From NCBI GenBank assembly GCA_963822445.1, contig CAWGHO010000003.1:1760001-1824000 (forward strand): a stretch of DNA of 64,000 bases, written 5' to 3'. The notes below the pieces were generated by a model. The model was not told the origin of the DNA. It did not search any database and saw only the letters and a program-made list of their open reading frames with translations. Source of the DNA: an uncultured Acidobacteriota bacterium. Its GTDB lineage: Bacteria > Acidobacteriota > Thermoanaerobaculia > Gp7-AA8. Made by a program: the position numbers and the translations under genes. Every line of letters begins with the position of its first letter. The first letter of the stretch is position 1. This document shows, piece by piece, positions 49,994-58,836 of the stretch.

Positions 49994-50674
49994 ATGGCTA
50001 ACGGCAGCCGCACGTGCACCAGCGCAGCAACCAGCGCCGCCGGTCGTACCGGCATCCATGTCGTTTCTCTCGGCGACTCGCTCGCTTACGGTGCCGGCGA
50101 CGAGTCCGGCAAAGGAATCGCCGGCCGTCTCGAATCGGAGTTGCGCGCACACGGCATCGCCGACGTCGAAACGGTGAATCTCGGCGTGAACGGCGCGCAG
50201 ACCTCCGACCTGATGTCGCGCCTGAAACAGAAACGCGTGCGCGACGAGATCGCCCGCGTAGACGCGATCGTGCTGTCCATCGGCGCGAACGACCTGTTCC
50301 GCACTCCGCATTCACGCGAGGAAACGCTCCGCGCGCCGCTGGCCGTGGCCGAGCGCATCCTCGGCCGCATCGAAACTATCGTCGCCGACCTGCACACGAT
50401 CAACCCGCGCGCCCGCGTCCTGGTGCTCGGCGGCTACAACCCCGTTCCGCGGCACGAATGGGCGTCGACGATCAACCAGATGCTCGGCGTTTGGGACGCC
50501 GCGCTCGCCGCACGGTTCGAGCCCGACCAGCGCGTGGCGGTGGTGAAGATGTCCGACATCGTGACCGCGCAACGGCTCAGCCGCTACGACTCGTTTCACC
50601 CCGGCGCCGATGCGTATCGCGAAGCGGCGAAGCGCATCGCCGGCATGCTCGTGCGCGAGCTCAGCGCTGCGTGA
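49994..50674 (+). CDS. SGNH/GDSL hydrolase; start uncertain
   Basis: LGDSL, NLGVNG, IGAND, DSFHP. Confidence 0.88.
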   Translation: MANGSRTCTSAATSAAGRTGIHVVSLGDSLAYGAGDESGKGIAGRLESELRAHGIADVETVNLGVNGAQTSDLMSRLKQKRVRDEIARVDAIVLSIGANDLFRTPHSREETLRAPLAVAERILGRIETIVADLHTINPRARVLVLGGYNPVPRHEWASTINQMLGVWDAALAARFEPDQRVAVVKMSDIVTAQRLSRYDSFHPGADAYREAAKRIAGMLVRELSAA

Positions 50675-51689
50675 ACGAGGTCGCGAACTCCATGGCGTGA
50701 TAGGTGATGATCAGATCGGCGCCGGCGCGCTTGATCGAGGTCAGGATCTCGTTCATGACCCGCGGCCCGTCAATCCATCCCTTCGCCGCCGCGGCTTTGA
50801 CCATCGCGTACTCGCCGCTGACGTTGTACGCCGCGATCGGAAGCGCCACGCGGTCGCGCGCCTGGCGGATGACGTCGAGATACGACAAGGCCGGTTTGAC
50901 CATGACGATGTCGGCCCCTTCGTCGACGTCGATCTCGATCTCGCGCATGGCCTCGCGGCTGTTCGCCGGATCCATCTGATACGTGCGGCGATCGCCGAAC
51001 TGCGGCGCGGACTCGGCAGCCTCGCGGAACGGGCCGTAGAAGCCCGAAGCGAATTTGGCGGAGTAGGCCATGATCCCGACCTCGCTCAATGACCGATCGT
51101 CGAGCGCGCGGCGGATGGCGCCGATGCGCCCATCCATCATGTCGGACGGCGCGACGAAATCCGCGCCCGCCGCGGCGAAGGAAACGGCCTGCTTCATGAG
51201 CAGCGGCAGGGTCTGGTCGTTGTCGACGTCTTTGACTCCGTTGTGATCGACGATGACGCCGCAATGTCCATGGTCGGTGTACTCACACAGACAAACGTCG
51301 GCCATGACGGTCATCGCCGGCACACTGCGCTTGATGGCCTCGATCGCCAGCTGCACGGGCCCGGACGGATCCCACGAGGAGGACCCGATGCCATCTTTGG
51401 CTTCGGGAAGCCCGAAGAGAAGCACGGCCCGAATCCCCGCTTCGTAAGCCCGCTGAGCGTCTTCGACCGCATCGCGAACGCGAAGCTGGAAAACGCCGGG
51501 CATGGAACCGATCTCGGTCTTCGATCGCGAGTTGGGAACGATGAAGAGCGGGTAGATGAGGTCTTCGGGACGAACGATGGTCTCCCGCACGAGCGAGCGG
51601 ATGGATTCGCTCCGCCGCAGCCGTCGCGGGCGGTTGGTCAGGGCCGCGGGTGCGGCGGTCTCAGTCCGATTCAGGGTCCTGGTCGTCAT
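50661..51689 (-). CDS. hemB: Porphobilinogen synthase, Zn-dependent type
   Basis: RPRRLR, DVCLCEYTDHGHCG, PSDMMDG, YSAKF, MVKP, YNVSGEY. Confidence 0.96.
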   Translation of the reverse strand: MTTRTLNRTETAAPAALTNRPRRLRRSESIRSLVRETIVRPEDLIYPLFIVPNSRSKTEIGSMPGVFQLRVRDAVEDAQRAYEAGIRAVLLFGLPEAKDGIGSSSWDPSGPVQLAIEAIKRSVPAMTVMADVCLCEYTDHGHCGVIVDHNGVKDVDNDQTLPLLMKQAVSFAAAGADFVAPSDMMDGRIGAIRRALDDRSLSEVGIMAYSAKFASGFYGPFREAAESAPQFGDRRTYQMDPANSREAMREIEIDVDEGADIVMVKPALSYLDVIRQARDRVALPIAAYNVSGEYAMVKAAAAKGWIDGPRVMNEILTSIKRAGADLIITYHAMEFATSFTQR

Positions 51690-51867
51690 CGTTCTCTCCG
51701 GTGAAATAGTAGGCGCGGGCACAATCGGGCGAGCAGAACTTGCGGCCGTACCCTTTGTGGGCGCAGTCGGCACAGAAGTGCCGCTGGCAGATGGTGCAAA
51801 GCTCGAGCGGCGCGGCCTCCTGCGCCGCCCCGCAGCCCACACAGATCCGATCGTGGATCTCACTCAT
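51661..51867 (-). CDS. 68-aa Cys-rich zinc-finger-like protein
   Basis: CVGC, CTIC, FCADC, FCSPDC; acidic tail; overlaps the hemB start. Confidence 0.75.
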   Translation of the reverse strand: MSEIHDRICVGCGAAQEAAPLELCTICQRHFCADCAHKGYGRKFCSPDCARAYYFTGENDDDQDPESD

Positions 51868-51918
51868 CGCTCGAAATATCCAGTCATTCGGGCTGTTAAG
51901 TCTAGTCCCGGCCGCTCC

Positions 51919-51948
51919 TTGACGGTCGGAAGCCGGGCCTCCTACAAT
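51919..51948 (+). promoter_or_regulatory. sigma70 promoter of tRNA-Met
   Basis: TTGACG-18 nt-TACAAT followed by a GC-rich discriminator. Confidence 0.75.
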
Positions 51949-51966
51949 CCCGGTCCCCTCGCACCT

Positions 51967-52043
51967 GGCGGTGTAGCTCAGATGGTTAGAGCGGGCGTCT
52001 CATAAGCGCTAGGTCATAGGTTCGATTCCTATCACCGCCACCA
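51967..52043 (+). tRNA. tRNA-Met (CAT), elongator type; Ile2 not fully excluded
   Basis: Cloverleaf: GGCGGTG/CACCGCC acceptor stem, loop CTCATAA, GGTTCGATTCC T-arm, encoded CCA. Confidence 0.95.
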
Positions 52044-52077
52044 ACTCCCCGCAACACGCGGACCTTCGGCCGCGGTT

Positions 52078-52504
52078 GCTCGCCGCGATGCAGCGGACGC
52101 TTCGCGCCGCTGATCGACGGCGTTGCATCTCGCCAACCGCGGCGCTCAGCCGCGCGATACGCGCCGGCTGCGGCGGCGCGAGCGACATGGGCGCGGAGCG
52201 TCCTCATGTCGCGCTATGTAGCCAGGTTTAGAGCGGGCGTCTCCTAGGCGCCAGGTCATAGGTTCGATTCCGATCACCGCCACCACGCACCCTCCCGCGG
52301 CTCCTGTCGTCCTCGATCCCATCACCTGCCGCGCCGCGCGGCCCTTCGGCCGGTCGCTCGCCGCGATGCAGCGGACGCTTCGCGCAGGTCATCGGCGAGC
52401 ATTCGCGCGCGACTTCGCGAGAAGAGGGGCGGCTCCGCGGATAGCGCCGATCGAGGGGGCTTGCTGTAAGGGGGCGGCCGCTCGCCGCGCTGTAGCGGAG
52501 CGCT
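52078..52504 (+). repeat. tRNA-linked direct repeats, three copies
   Basis: GCTCGCCGCGATGCAGCGGACGCTTCGCGC identical at 52078 and 52356; degenerate copy at 52480. Confidence 0.85.
52212..52285 (+). pseudogene. Degenerate copy of tRNA-Met (anticodon CCT, broken acceptor and D stems)
   Basis: TTAGAGCGGGCGTCTCcTAgGCGCcAGGTCATAGGTTCGATTCCgATCACCGCCACCA aligns to the tRNA about 242 nt upstream. Confidence 0.85.
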
Positions 52505-52558
52505 GGACTCCAGCGGCTGTCGATGGGGAGGGTGTCGGGAAGGGATTTCTCGTACCCG

Positions 52559-55393
52559 TTATTCGCGGCGAAAGATCATCAGCCGGACATTGGAGGGCAG
52601 CGCGTTGTTTTCGGAATCGCGCGCCTTGATGAACGCACGGCCCGACGCCACGCCCACACGGGAGTACACCGCTCCCCCTCCGCTCGAGAGAGTGAAGCTG
52701 TCGGTCACGCCATTCGCCGGATCCCTGGTATCCAGCTCATACGCGCACGAGCAACCCGCGCCCGGGTCGTAGTCGAGATTCTGGAAGATCTCGCGGAACT
52801 TCCAGCTCGGTTGCGTGAACTGCGCCGCCACCCCCGTCGTAGCGTCGTCGCTGTACGTCGCGAGCGCGAAGTCGGCGATCCACGGTTCCGCATCCGCTCC
52901 GAGATTCGTCTCGAGATTGGTCAGGCCGGTCTGTTGTGTATTGACCAATCCCTGCCAGAACGAAGTTTCTGTACTGCCGCGGCGATCCGACGCGTAGCGG
53001 AGGAACGCCCACGCCTCACCGCGCGTAGCGTCATCGTCATCCTCCTGGGTAAGGCCGCTGGCATGCGGCGACAACAGCCAGTCACGCAACCGTGCGAAGT
53101 TCGGCTCTCCATATCGGAAGAACGCGTCGACCGCGCCGCCCACCTGGCCGACGCCGAGATTCGATCGCGGTGAAAGCGCAGCGGCCTGGTAGAACACCAG
53201 TTCCTCCGCGACCAGCGCCAGCCCTTCGTCGAGCCAGACCTCTTCGAGCTCGACGAACGGCGTGTTGACATGCATGCGCCGCGACGCGTTGAGCAGATGC
53301 TCGAGCTCGTGCGCGAGCGTGCGGAGCGTCCTCTCCTTCACGAAGGAAACGCTCCGCGCGTTTCCGTTGATCGAGCCGGCCGGATCGGCCATCAGCGTGT
53401 AAATCATCTCGCCGACGTTGCTCGTCGTACAGCTCGCCGCGGGAGACAGATCGCGCGAGAAGAAGAAGCCGTCGACGAGAGGCGCGCTCGTCGGGGTGAG
53501 CTGATTGACGGCTGATGTGTAGAACGCGATGACACGCAGGTTGCTGTCGATGTCCGCCGGTTGTCCGAACGCCGTGGTCACCGCGGGCCAGATCGTGTCG
53601 TCGAACTCGGCGGCGATCTCCTGGTAGTCCGCGGTCGTCAGCCCGTTCGCAATGACCGGAGATCCGCCGCTGACCTCCTGCATGACGATGATGTGCGTAC
53701 CGACGACCTCCACGCGCGCCTGCCGGTTGTCGAACGTGCTGCAGGAGTTGTCGGTCTCCACGTTGATCGTCATCAGCGCGCCGACCGAAGGGACGCCGGG
53801 CGTGATCGCATTCCACTGCACTCCGTCATGGTGGGTCTGGAGACGCTTCTTCATCTCCCGGCGCTCGCGCACGCGGAGTTGCGACTCGAACGCGCGGTCC
53901 TCGACCAGGCTCCGGCTCGCATCAGGAGAGGGGCGGAGCCGGCTCGCCAGTGGCAGCGGCGGACCACTCACCGCCACGATTCCGGTCGCCGTCAACTCGA
54001 CACCGACGGAACTTTCAGAAGATGCATTGACCGGCACGATGGTGTACTCGGCAGTGCTCGAGAGACAGAGCGTCGGCGGCACCGGCGTCGCCGACGTGAA
54101 GACGCCGCCTACAGACAGCGAGACGCATGTCATCTGGGTCACTGTGATCGAAAGCGTTTGCACGGCCGTCCCGCCGGAACTGCTTGCGGTCACGTCGATG
54201 ACGTAGACGTTGTTCCCGTCCGAGTCCGCGGGAGCAAGAAAATCAGGTGGGACGCTGAACGAGAGCGCGCCGTTGCCGGCGATCGACAGGTCGCCCTGAT
54301 CCGCGCCGCCGGTGATCGTGAAGGTGACCGGATCGCCTTCGGGATCGGGGGCGACGGCGGTATGGAACACGCCGTCCGCCTGTTCCGTCGTGCTGATTGC
54401 ACTCGAGCTCGTGAACGACGGCCCCTCGTTGACGTTCGTCACCGTCACCGCGATGGCCTCGGCAGCTACGTTTCCCTGTCCATCGCTGGCGGCGACGATG
54501 ACCTCGTACACGTTGTTGGCACCGCCGTCGGTTGGCGATTCGAAGTTCGGCGCCGCGTTGAACGTCAGCGCACCCACCGTGGGATGGATCGAGAACTTCG
54601 CCGCGTCCGCGCCGCCGAAGATCGAATAGGTGCGCGGATTCGCTTCCGGGTCCGTGGTCGTCACGGTCATCACCGCCGTGGCGTTCTCGGCGGCGGCCGG
54701 CACCGTCGATGATGTAAAGACAGGGGGGCCGTTCAACGGCGCACCCGTCGTCGACGCCTGCCGCGCACCGCTTCTCAGCTCGTGGACGTGCGCGGACTTG
54801 ACCGTCGTGACGCCGGCCGTGAGCGAGCTGTCGGTGAACGTGATCGTGGCCATGCCCAATGCGGTCCGGGCAGCGTTCAACGCCGAACGCAGCTCCGAAA
54901 TGTGAACGGCGCGGATCGTCGTCGAGGTCGTCAGCGTCGGATCGGTGAACGACGTAGCCCCAAGTCCGCCGAACACGCGCATCGCGTTCACGTCGGTGCG
55001 AAGCTGCGAAATGTGGGTGGTTTTTACGGGTGTCGCGCCGGCGACGAGAGGATCGTCGGTGAATGAGAACGTGCCGGCGTAAACGGCCGTGCTGCTCGAG
55101 CCTCCTGCCACCCGCACCTGGTAGCGGTAGGTCGTGTTCGCCGCCGCGGTCGTATCAGTGAATCTCGTCGACGAGGAGGAACCGATCTGTACGGGCAGGC
55201 CGCCGGTCGACCGGAGCACCTCGTAGGTCTGCGCGCCGGCAACGGCGTTCCATGTGATCGTCACCGACGTCGTGCTGTTCACCGTCGCCTGCAGGTTGGC
55301 CGGAGGGGTGTCGGTGACGGCGGTCGGGTGAGCTAGCGCCCCTGTCGCCGCGAGGGCAAACGAAAAGACGACGACGAACCGGCGGCGCCCCAT
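52559..55393 (-). CDS. Secreted protein: FN3, three FTD..L...H..ELR repeats, two cadherin-like domains, zinc metallopeptidase (M30-like)
   Basis: Signal peptide; W..V.GA..Y; FESPTD...NNVYEV...VTNVNE; TLAHELEH...WLDEGLA. Confidence 0.82.
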   Translation of the reverse strand: MGRRRFVVVFSFALAATGALAHPTAVTDTPPANLQATVNSTTSVTITWNAVAGAQTYEVLRSTGGLPVQIGSSSSTRFTDTTAAANTTYRYQVRVAGGSSSTAVYAGTFSFTDDPLVAGATPVKTTHISQLRTDVNAMRVFGGLGATSFTDPTLTTSTTIRAVHISELRSALNAARTALGMATITFTDSSLTAGVTTVKSAHVHELRSGARQASTTGAPLNGPPVFTSSTVPAAAENATAVMTVTTTDPEANPRTYSIFGGADAAKFSIHPTVGALTFNAAPNFESPTDGGANNVYEVIVAASDGQGNVAAEAIAVTVTNVNEGPSFTSSSAISTTEQADGVFHTAVAPDPEGDPVTFTITGGADQGDLSIAGNGALSFSVPPDFLAPADSDGNNVYVIDVTASSSGGTAVQTLSITVTQMTCVSLSVGGVFTSATPVPPTLCLSSTAEYTIVPVNASSESSVGVELTATGIVAVSGPPLPLASRLRPSPDASRSLVEDRAFESQLRVRERREMKKRLQTHHDGVQWNAITPGVPSVGALMTINVETDNSCSTFDNRQARVEVVGTHIIVMQEVSGGSPVIANGLTTADYQEIAAEFDDTIWPAVTTAFGQPADIDSNLRVIAFYTSAVNQLTPTSAPLVDGFFFSRDLSPAASCTTSNVGEMIYTLMADPAGSINGNARSVSFVKERTLRTLAHELEHLLNASRRMHVNTPFVELEEVWLDEGLALVAEELVFYQAAALSPRSNLGVGQVGGAVDAFFRYGEPNFARLRDWLLSPHASGLTQEDDDDATRGEAWAFLRYASDRRGSTETSFWQGLVNTQQTGLTNLETNLGADAEPWIADFALATYSDDATTGVAAQFTQPSWKFREIFQNLDYDPGAGCSCAYELDTRDPANGVTDSFTLSSGGGAVYSRVGVASGRAFIKARDSENNALPSNVRLMIFRRE

Positions 55394-55448
55394 AGGAATC
55401 TCAGCTAACGGGATTACGGGAATTGTACGTCAGCAATCGCCGAAGTGA

Positions 55449-55490
55449 GGCGCTCAGCCGCGCGTAATCGGCTGCGGCGGCGCGAGCGAC
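55449..55490 (+). repeat. Direct repeat of 52141-52186
   Basis: GGCGCTCAGCCGCGCG-(4 vs 8 nt)-CGGCTGCGGCGGCGCGAGCGAC at both sites. Confidence 0.85.
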
Positions 55491-55526
55491 CGTGGGGAAG
55501 GTCCGCGCGTCGCTACAATCTACGCA

Positions 55527-55952
55527 TGCCGTTCGTACAGACCTTCTTCAACGACACCCCCTACCCGTCCGCGATGATCGTGGAAGCCCTGGATGGATGG
55601 GCTCTCTTCGCCTCGCCGGGACAGTACGGCGCGGACAACATCGGGGGCCGCCGTTGGTTCAATGACGGAGCGGCGTACATCTGGTTTTACGCGCCCGGCG
55701 CGCCACCATTCGGCGCGCCGCAGGTCGTCTGCCGTGATCGTGAACAACACCGACGACGACGTCGCTTTGCTCCAGATGAACGACACGCCCGGATACGGAA
55801 CGTTCCGCTGCCCTGCGAACAGCACCACCAGTACTGATGCCGGCGAGGGCGGAGTACAGATCAACCGAGCGCCGGCCCTCACCTGGCTGCTCCTCGGTCG
55901 CGGCGCTTTCATGATGTGGGACAACGGGCAACACCAGATCGAGGCAGCCTGA
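55527..55952 (+). pseudogene. About 140-aa hypothetical protein with an apparent +1 frameshift near 55728 (pseudogene or read error)
   Basis: MPFVQTFFND...GAPQ continues as SAVIVNNTDDD...QIEAA in the next frame; TACAAT just upstream of the ATG. Confidence 0.5.
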
Positions 55953-55959
55953 TTCGGCG

Positions 55960-56317
55960 CCGCGGGCGGCGGAGATTTCCGCACTCCTCGACGTCTCGCG
56001 CGGGCGGAGGCCGAAATGCCTCTCAGGCGTCGAGAATCTCGACCTTTCGGGACACGATCTGCGAAGGATCGACTTTCGCGGGCTTTCGATCGAAGGAGCG
56101 GACCTGCGGCGCGACGATCGCCGACGTCGAAGAAAACGGGCTCGCCAACGCGGCGCGCTTCGAGGTCAGCCGCGGAAACGTCAGAGGCGTGAAGTTCGAC
56201 CGCAAGGCCATTCGCTACCTCACCGACGTCGTGAACGGGGAGTTCGGAGGCCAGCTTCGCGTCGTCCCGATGGAAAAACTCGCGGCGTCGACCCGATCCT
56301 CGACCAGGATTGAGCGC
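55960..56317 (+). pseudogene. Pentapeptide-repeat gene remnant
   Basis: NLDLS-GHDLR-RIDFR-GLSIE-GADL, frameshift near 56107, then GATIA...; no start codon. Confidence 0.5.
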
Positions 56318-56812
56318 TTAATCCGTCTGGGTCACATCCGGATAAATGATGAAACTCCCGTTTGCCCAGACGATGTCGCAGTCGAAGTCGCTCGTGATTC
56401 CGTTCACGTACGTCGCGTCGAAGTTGCCGTCGCGGCCTGCCGAGCGGATCGCGTAGCCGCCCGAGTCCGAGCCGCTCACCTCCGGCGTCACGGCGAACTG
56501 CAGCGGGCGGAGCCAGCCGTCGACGCTGGGAATGTCGCGGAGGTACGTCGGGCGGAGCGCGGTCACCAACGCGTCGTATGTCACCGGCGCCGCCGACGGG
56601 AACGTGTAGCCGGACAGCATGTAACTCTGCGTGTCCGTGGCGCGGGCTTCCCAGGCATGGGCGATGATGCGGATGTCGTTCACGGTCCGTTTCTGGCGCG
56701 CGCGGTTGATCGCGTTCATGTAGTTCACGATGCCGATGGCCACGAGAATGGCGATGATCGCGCCGATGATGAGAAGCTCGAGGACCGAGAAACCAGCCTG
56801 CCGTCTGCGCAT
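56318..56812 (-). CDS. Type II secretion GspG-like pseudopilin / type IV pilin
   Basis: Prepilin site AG-FSVLELL; DGW.RP; SAGRDG. Confidence 0.85.
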   Translation of the reverse strand: MRRRQAGFSVLELLIIGAIIAILVAIGIVNYMNAINRARQKRTVNDIRIIAHAWEARATDTQSYMLSGYTFPSAAPVTYDALVTALRPTYLRDIPSVDGWLRPLQFAVTPEVSGSDSGGYAIRSAGRDGNFDATYVNGITSDFDCDIVWANGSFIIYPDVTQTD

Positions 56813-56862
56813 ACCCGGACTCCTTTTGACGTACTTTTGGCAAAGTTACGCCAGGGACCTCA

Positions 56863-58188
56863 ATGCTCCTTAGTGCCGTTCGTCAGTTTTTCGTCAAACA
56901 GAACATCGGACCGCGTGCCATCGTCGCCGCGGTGTCGGGAGGCACTGACTCCACGGCGCTGTTGCTCGCCCTCGCCGATCTCCGCGACGAAGGCTTCGAC
57001 CTCGCCGCCGTTCACGTCAACCATCATCTTCGCGGCGCGGAGTCCGATGGCGATGAAGCATTCGTTCGCGATCTCTGCGCGCAATTGGGCGTGCCGCTCG
57101 ATGTCGTCGACGGAACGCTCGATACCGAAGCGATCAGGCGGCGCGGGATCGAAGCCGCGGCTCGCGAGGTGCGTTACGCGAAGTTGCGCGAAAAAGGCGG
57201 CGATCGTCTCGTCGCCACCGCCCATCAGAAGAACGATCAGGCCGAAACGGTGCTCATGCGGCTGCTCACCGGCAGCGGCATCGCCGGCCTTCGCGGCGTG
57301 CATCCCGTGCGGGCCGACGGCTTCATTCGCCCGTTGCTCGACCTCACCCGCGAAGAGATCGAAGCGTTTCTGCGTGAACGCGGCGTCACGGCGCGGATCG
57401 ACAGGTCCAACGAAGATCCCCGCTTCCTGCGCAATCGCGTCCGCGCGATCGTGCGCGAGCTGAACGCCGTCGACAACCTCGTCGCCGTCGCCGCGCAGGC
57501 TCGCGAGCAATGGCCGATGCTCGAACAGGCCATCGACGCGGCGGAGCCGGCGGCGCTGCAAGGACACTGGCCCCCCGAACTCTGGTTGCGCCAGGCGCTC
57601 CTCCAGCGACTGGTTCGGCGGCTCGATCCCGACGCTCGCGATTTCGACGCGCGGCGGCTCGCCGAAGAGCTGGATGGAGTGATGCGCGTCAGCGTTTCCA
57701 GGTCGGTCGAACTGGTCCGGCGCCGCGGCGCACTTCTTCTCGAGCGCAAGCGCGAGGAAGCCGCCGAGTTCGCGGTGAGCGTCGCCGCCGGAGCCGCGGT
57801 CTACATCCCCGAGCTCGATCTGACGCTCGGCATCAGCGAAGGCGTGACCGGCCGTGGCCAGCGCTTCCAGCTCCCCTCCGGCGCGGCGGCCAGGTTCATC
57901 GTCCGCAACCGTCGCAACGGCGACCGCTTTCAGCCTCTTGGACTTACGAGCCCGAAAAAGCTGAAGGATTTTCTGATTGATCGTAAAATCGCCGCGGACG
58001 TCCGAGACCGCCTACCCCTGCTGCTGTGGAACGACGAGATCGTCTGGATCGGTGGGGTGGAGGTTTCCGAACGCTTCAAGGTGACCACGGCCCCGGGGGG
58101 AATGCTCTACGAAGTGTGGATGGAGGGCTTGGGTGCAGAACATCACTCCCGTCTTCACCGAGGAACAGATCAGGGGGCGGATCCGTGA
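56863..58188 (+). CDS. tilS: tRNA(Ile)-lysidine synthetase
   Basis: AVSGGTDS, HVNHHLR, EAAARE.RY, TAHQKNDQAET, RPLL, D.SN...RNR.R; C-terminal GDRF...KKLKD. Confidence 0.95.
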   Translation: MLLSAVRQFFVKQNIGPRAIVAAVSGGTDSTALLLALADLRDEGFDLAAVHVNHHLRGAESDGDEAFVRDLCAQLGVPLDVVDGTLDTEAIRRRGIEAAAREVRYAKLREKGGDRLVATAHQKNDQAETVLMRLLTGSGIAGLRGVHPVRADGFIRPLLDLTREEIEAFLRERGVTARIDRSNEDPRFLRNRVRAIVRELNAVDNLVAVAAQAREQWPMLEQAIDAAEPAALQGHWPPELWLRQALLQRLVRRLDPDARDFDARRLAEELDGVMRVSVSRSVELVRRRGALLLERKREEAAEFAVSVAAGAAVYIPELDLTLGISEGVTGRGQRFQLPSGAAARFIVRNRRNGDRFQPLGLTSPKKLKDFLIDRKIAADVRDRLPLLLWNDEIVWIGGVEVSERFKVTTAPGGMLYEVWMEGLGAEHHSRLHRGTDQGADP

Positions 58189-58648
58189 GCTGGGAGCTGC
58201 GATCCGCGCCGACGCCGGCGACGCCGAAGTGTTCCTCCTCGGCATCCTCAAAGGCGCCTCCTGTTTCCTGAGCGATCTCCTGCGCGCCATCCCCGGCGAT
58301 GTCAGTTATGGCTTCATCGACGTCGTCCGCGACGCCGCTGACAGCCAGATCGCCGACGCCATCGAGATCGACTTTCTCAGCTACACCGACATCCGCGAGC
58401 GCCGGGTCTACGTCCTGAAGGATGTGGTCGCCACCGGCGTGATCGAGAACTACCTCCTCAGCCAGCTGCGCGTGCACGGCCCGGCCACGCTCCGCCTTGT
58501 GGCCCTCCTAGACCGCCCCGACGCCCGAACGTCCGATGTAACCACCCATTTTCACTGCTTCACCATCAGCGACGGCATCTACGCCGGCTACGGCCTCGAG
58601 CACGAGCGGAGGCATGGGAATCTGCCGTTTATTGGGAGGGTGGGCTAG
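58133..58648 (+). CDS. hpt: Hypoxanthine phosphoribosyltransferase homolog with degenerate active site
   Basis: EEQI..RI.ELG..I, ILKGA..F.SDL.R, GYGL...NLP; position between tilS and ftsH. Confidence 0.8.
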   Translation: MQNITPVFTEEQIRGRIRELGAAIRADAGDAEVFLLGILKGASCFLSDLLRAIPGDVSYGFIDVVRDAADSQIADAIEIDFLSYTDIRERRVYVLKDVVATGVIENYLLSQLRVHGPATLRLVALLDRPDARTSDVTTHFHCFTISDGIYAGYGLEHERRHGNLPFIGRVG

Positions 58649-58664
58649 CGCCGCTGCGCGGCGC

Positions 58665-58751
58665 GTTACGCGGTTTCGAGGTTGCGGGGTTACGAGGAAG
58701 ACGGATCCAAACCTCGTAACCTCCAAACCCCGTAACCCCGTAACCCGCAAC
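58665..58751. repeat. Inverted pair of 8-bp tandem repeat arms
   Basis: (GTTNCGNG)x4 ... (CCYCGTAA-like)x5. Confidence 0.8.
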
Positions 58752-58836
58752 AGAATATCGACCCGGCAGACCTCGTTACGTCCGTGAGTAGATGGCATGG
58801 GCGAAGCATCGCCCAGCCCTCGTTGGAGGCAATCCG

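Noticed and set aside
52241-52247. CTA in the pseudo-tRNA loop as an amber suppressor or tRNA-Pyl
   Set aside because: The loop register gives anticodon CCT, the acceptor stem is broken, and no pyl genes are present
52078-52504. CRISPR array
   Set aside because: Spacing is irregular (278 and 124 bp), one spacer contains a tRNA copy, and no cas genes are present
56837-56854. Possible sigma54 promoter (minus strand TGGCGTAACTTTGC) before the pilin gene
   Set aside because: GG-to-GC spacing is 9 nt rather than the required 10
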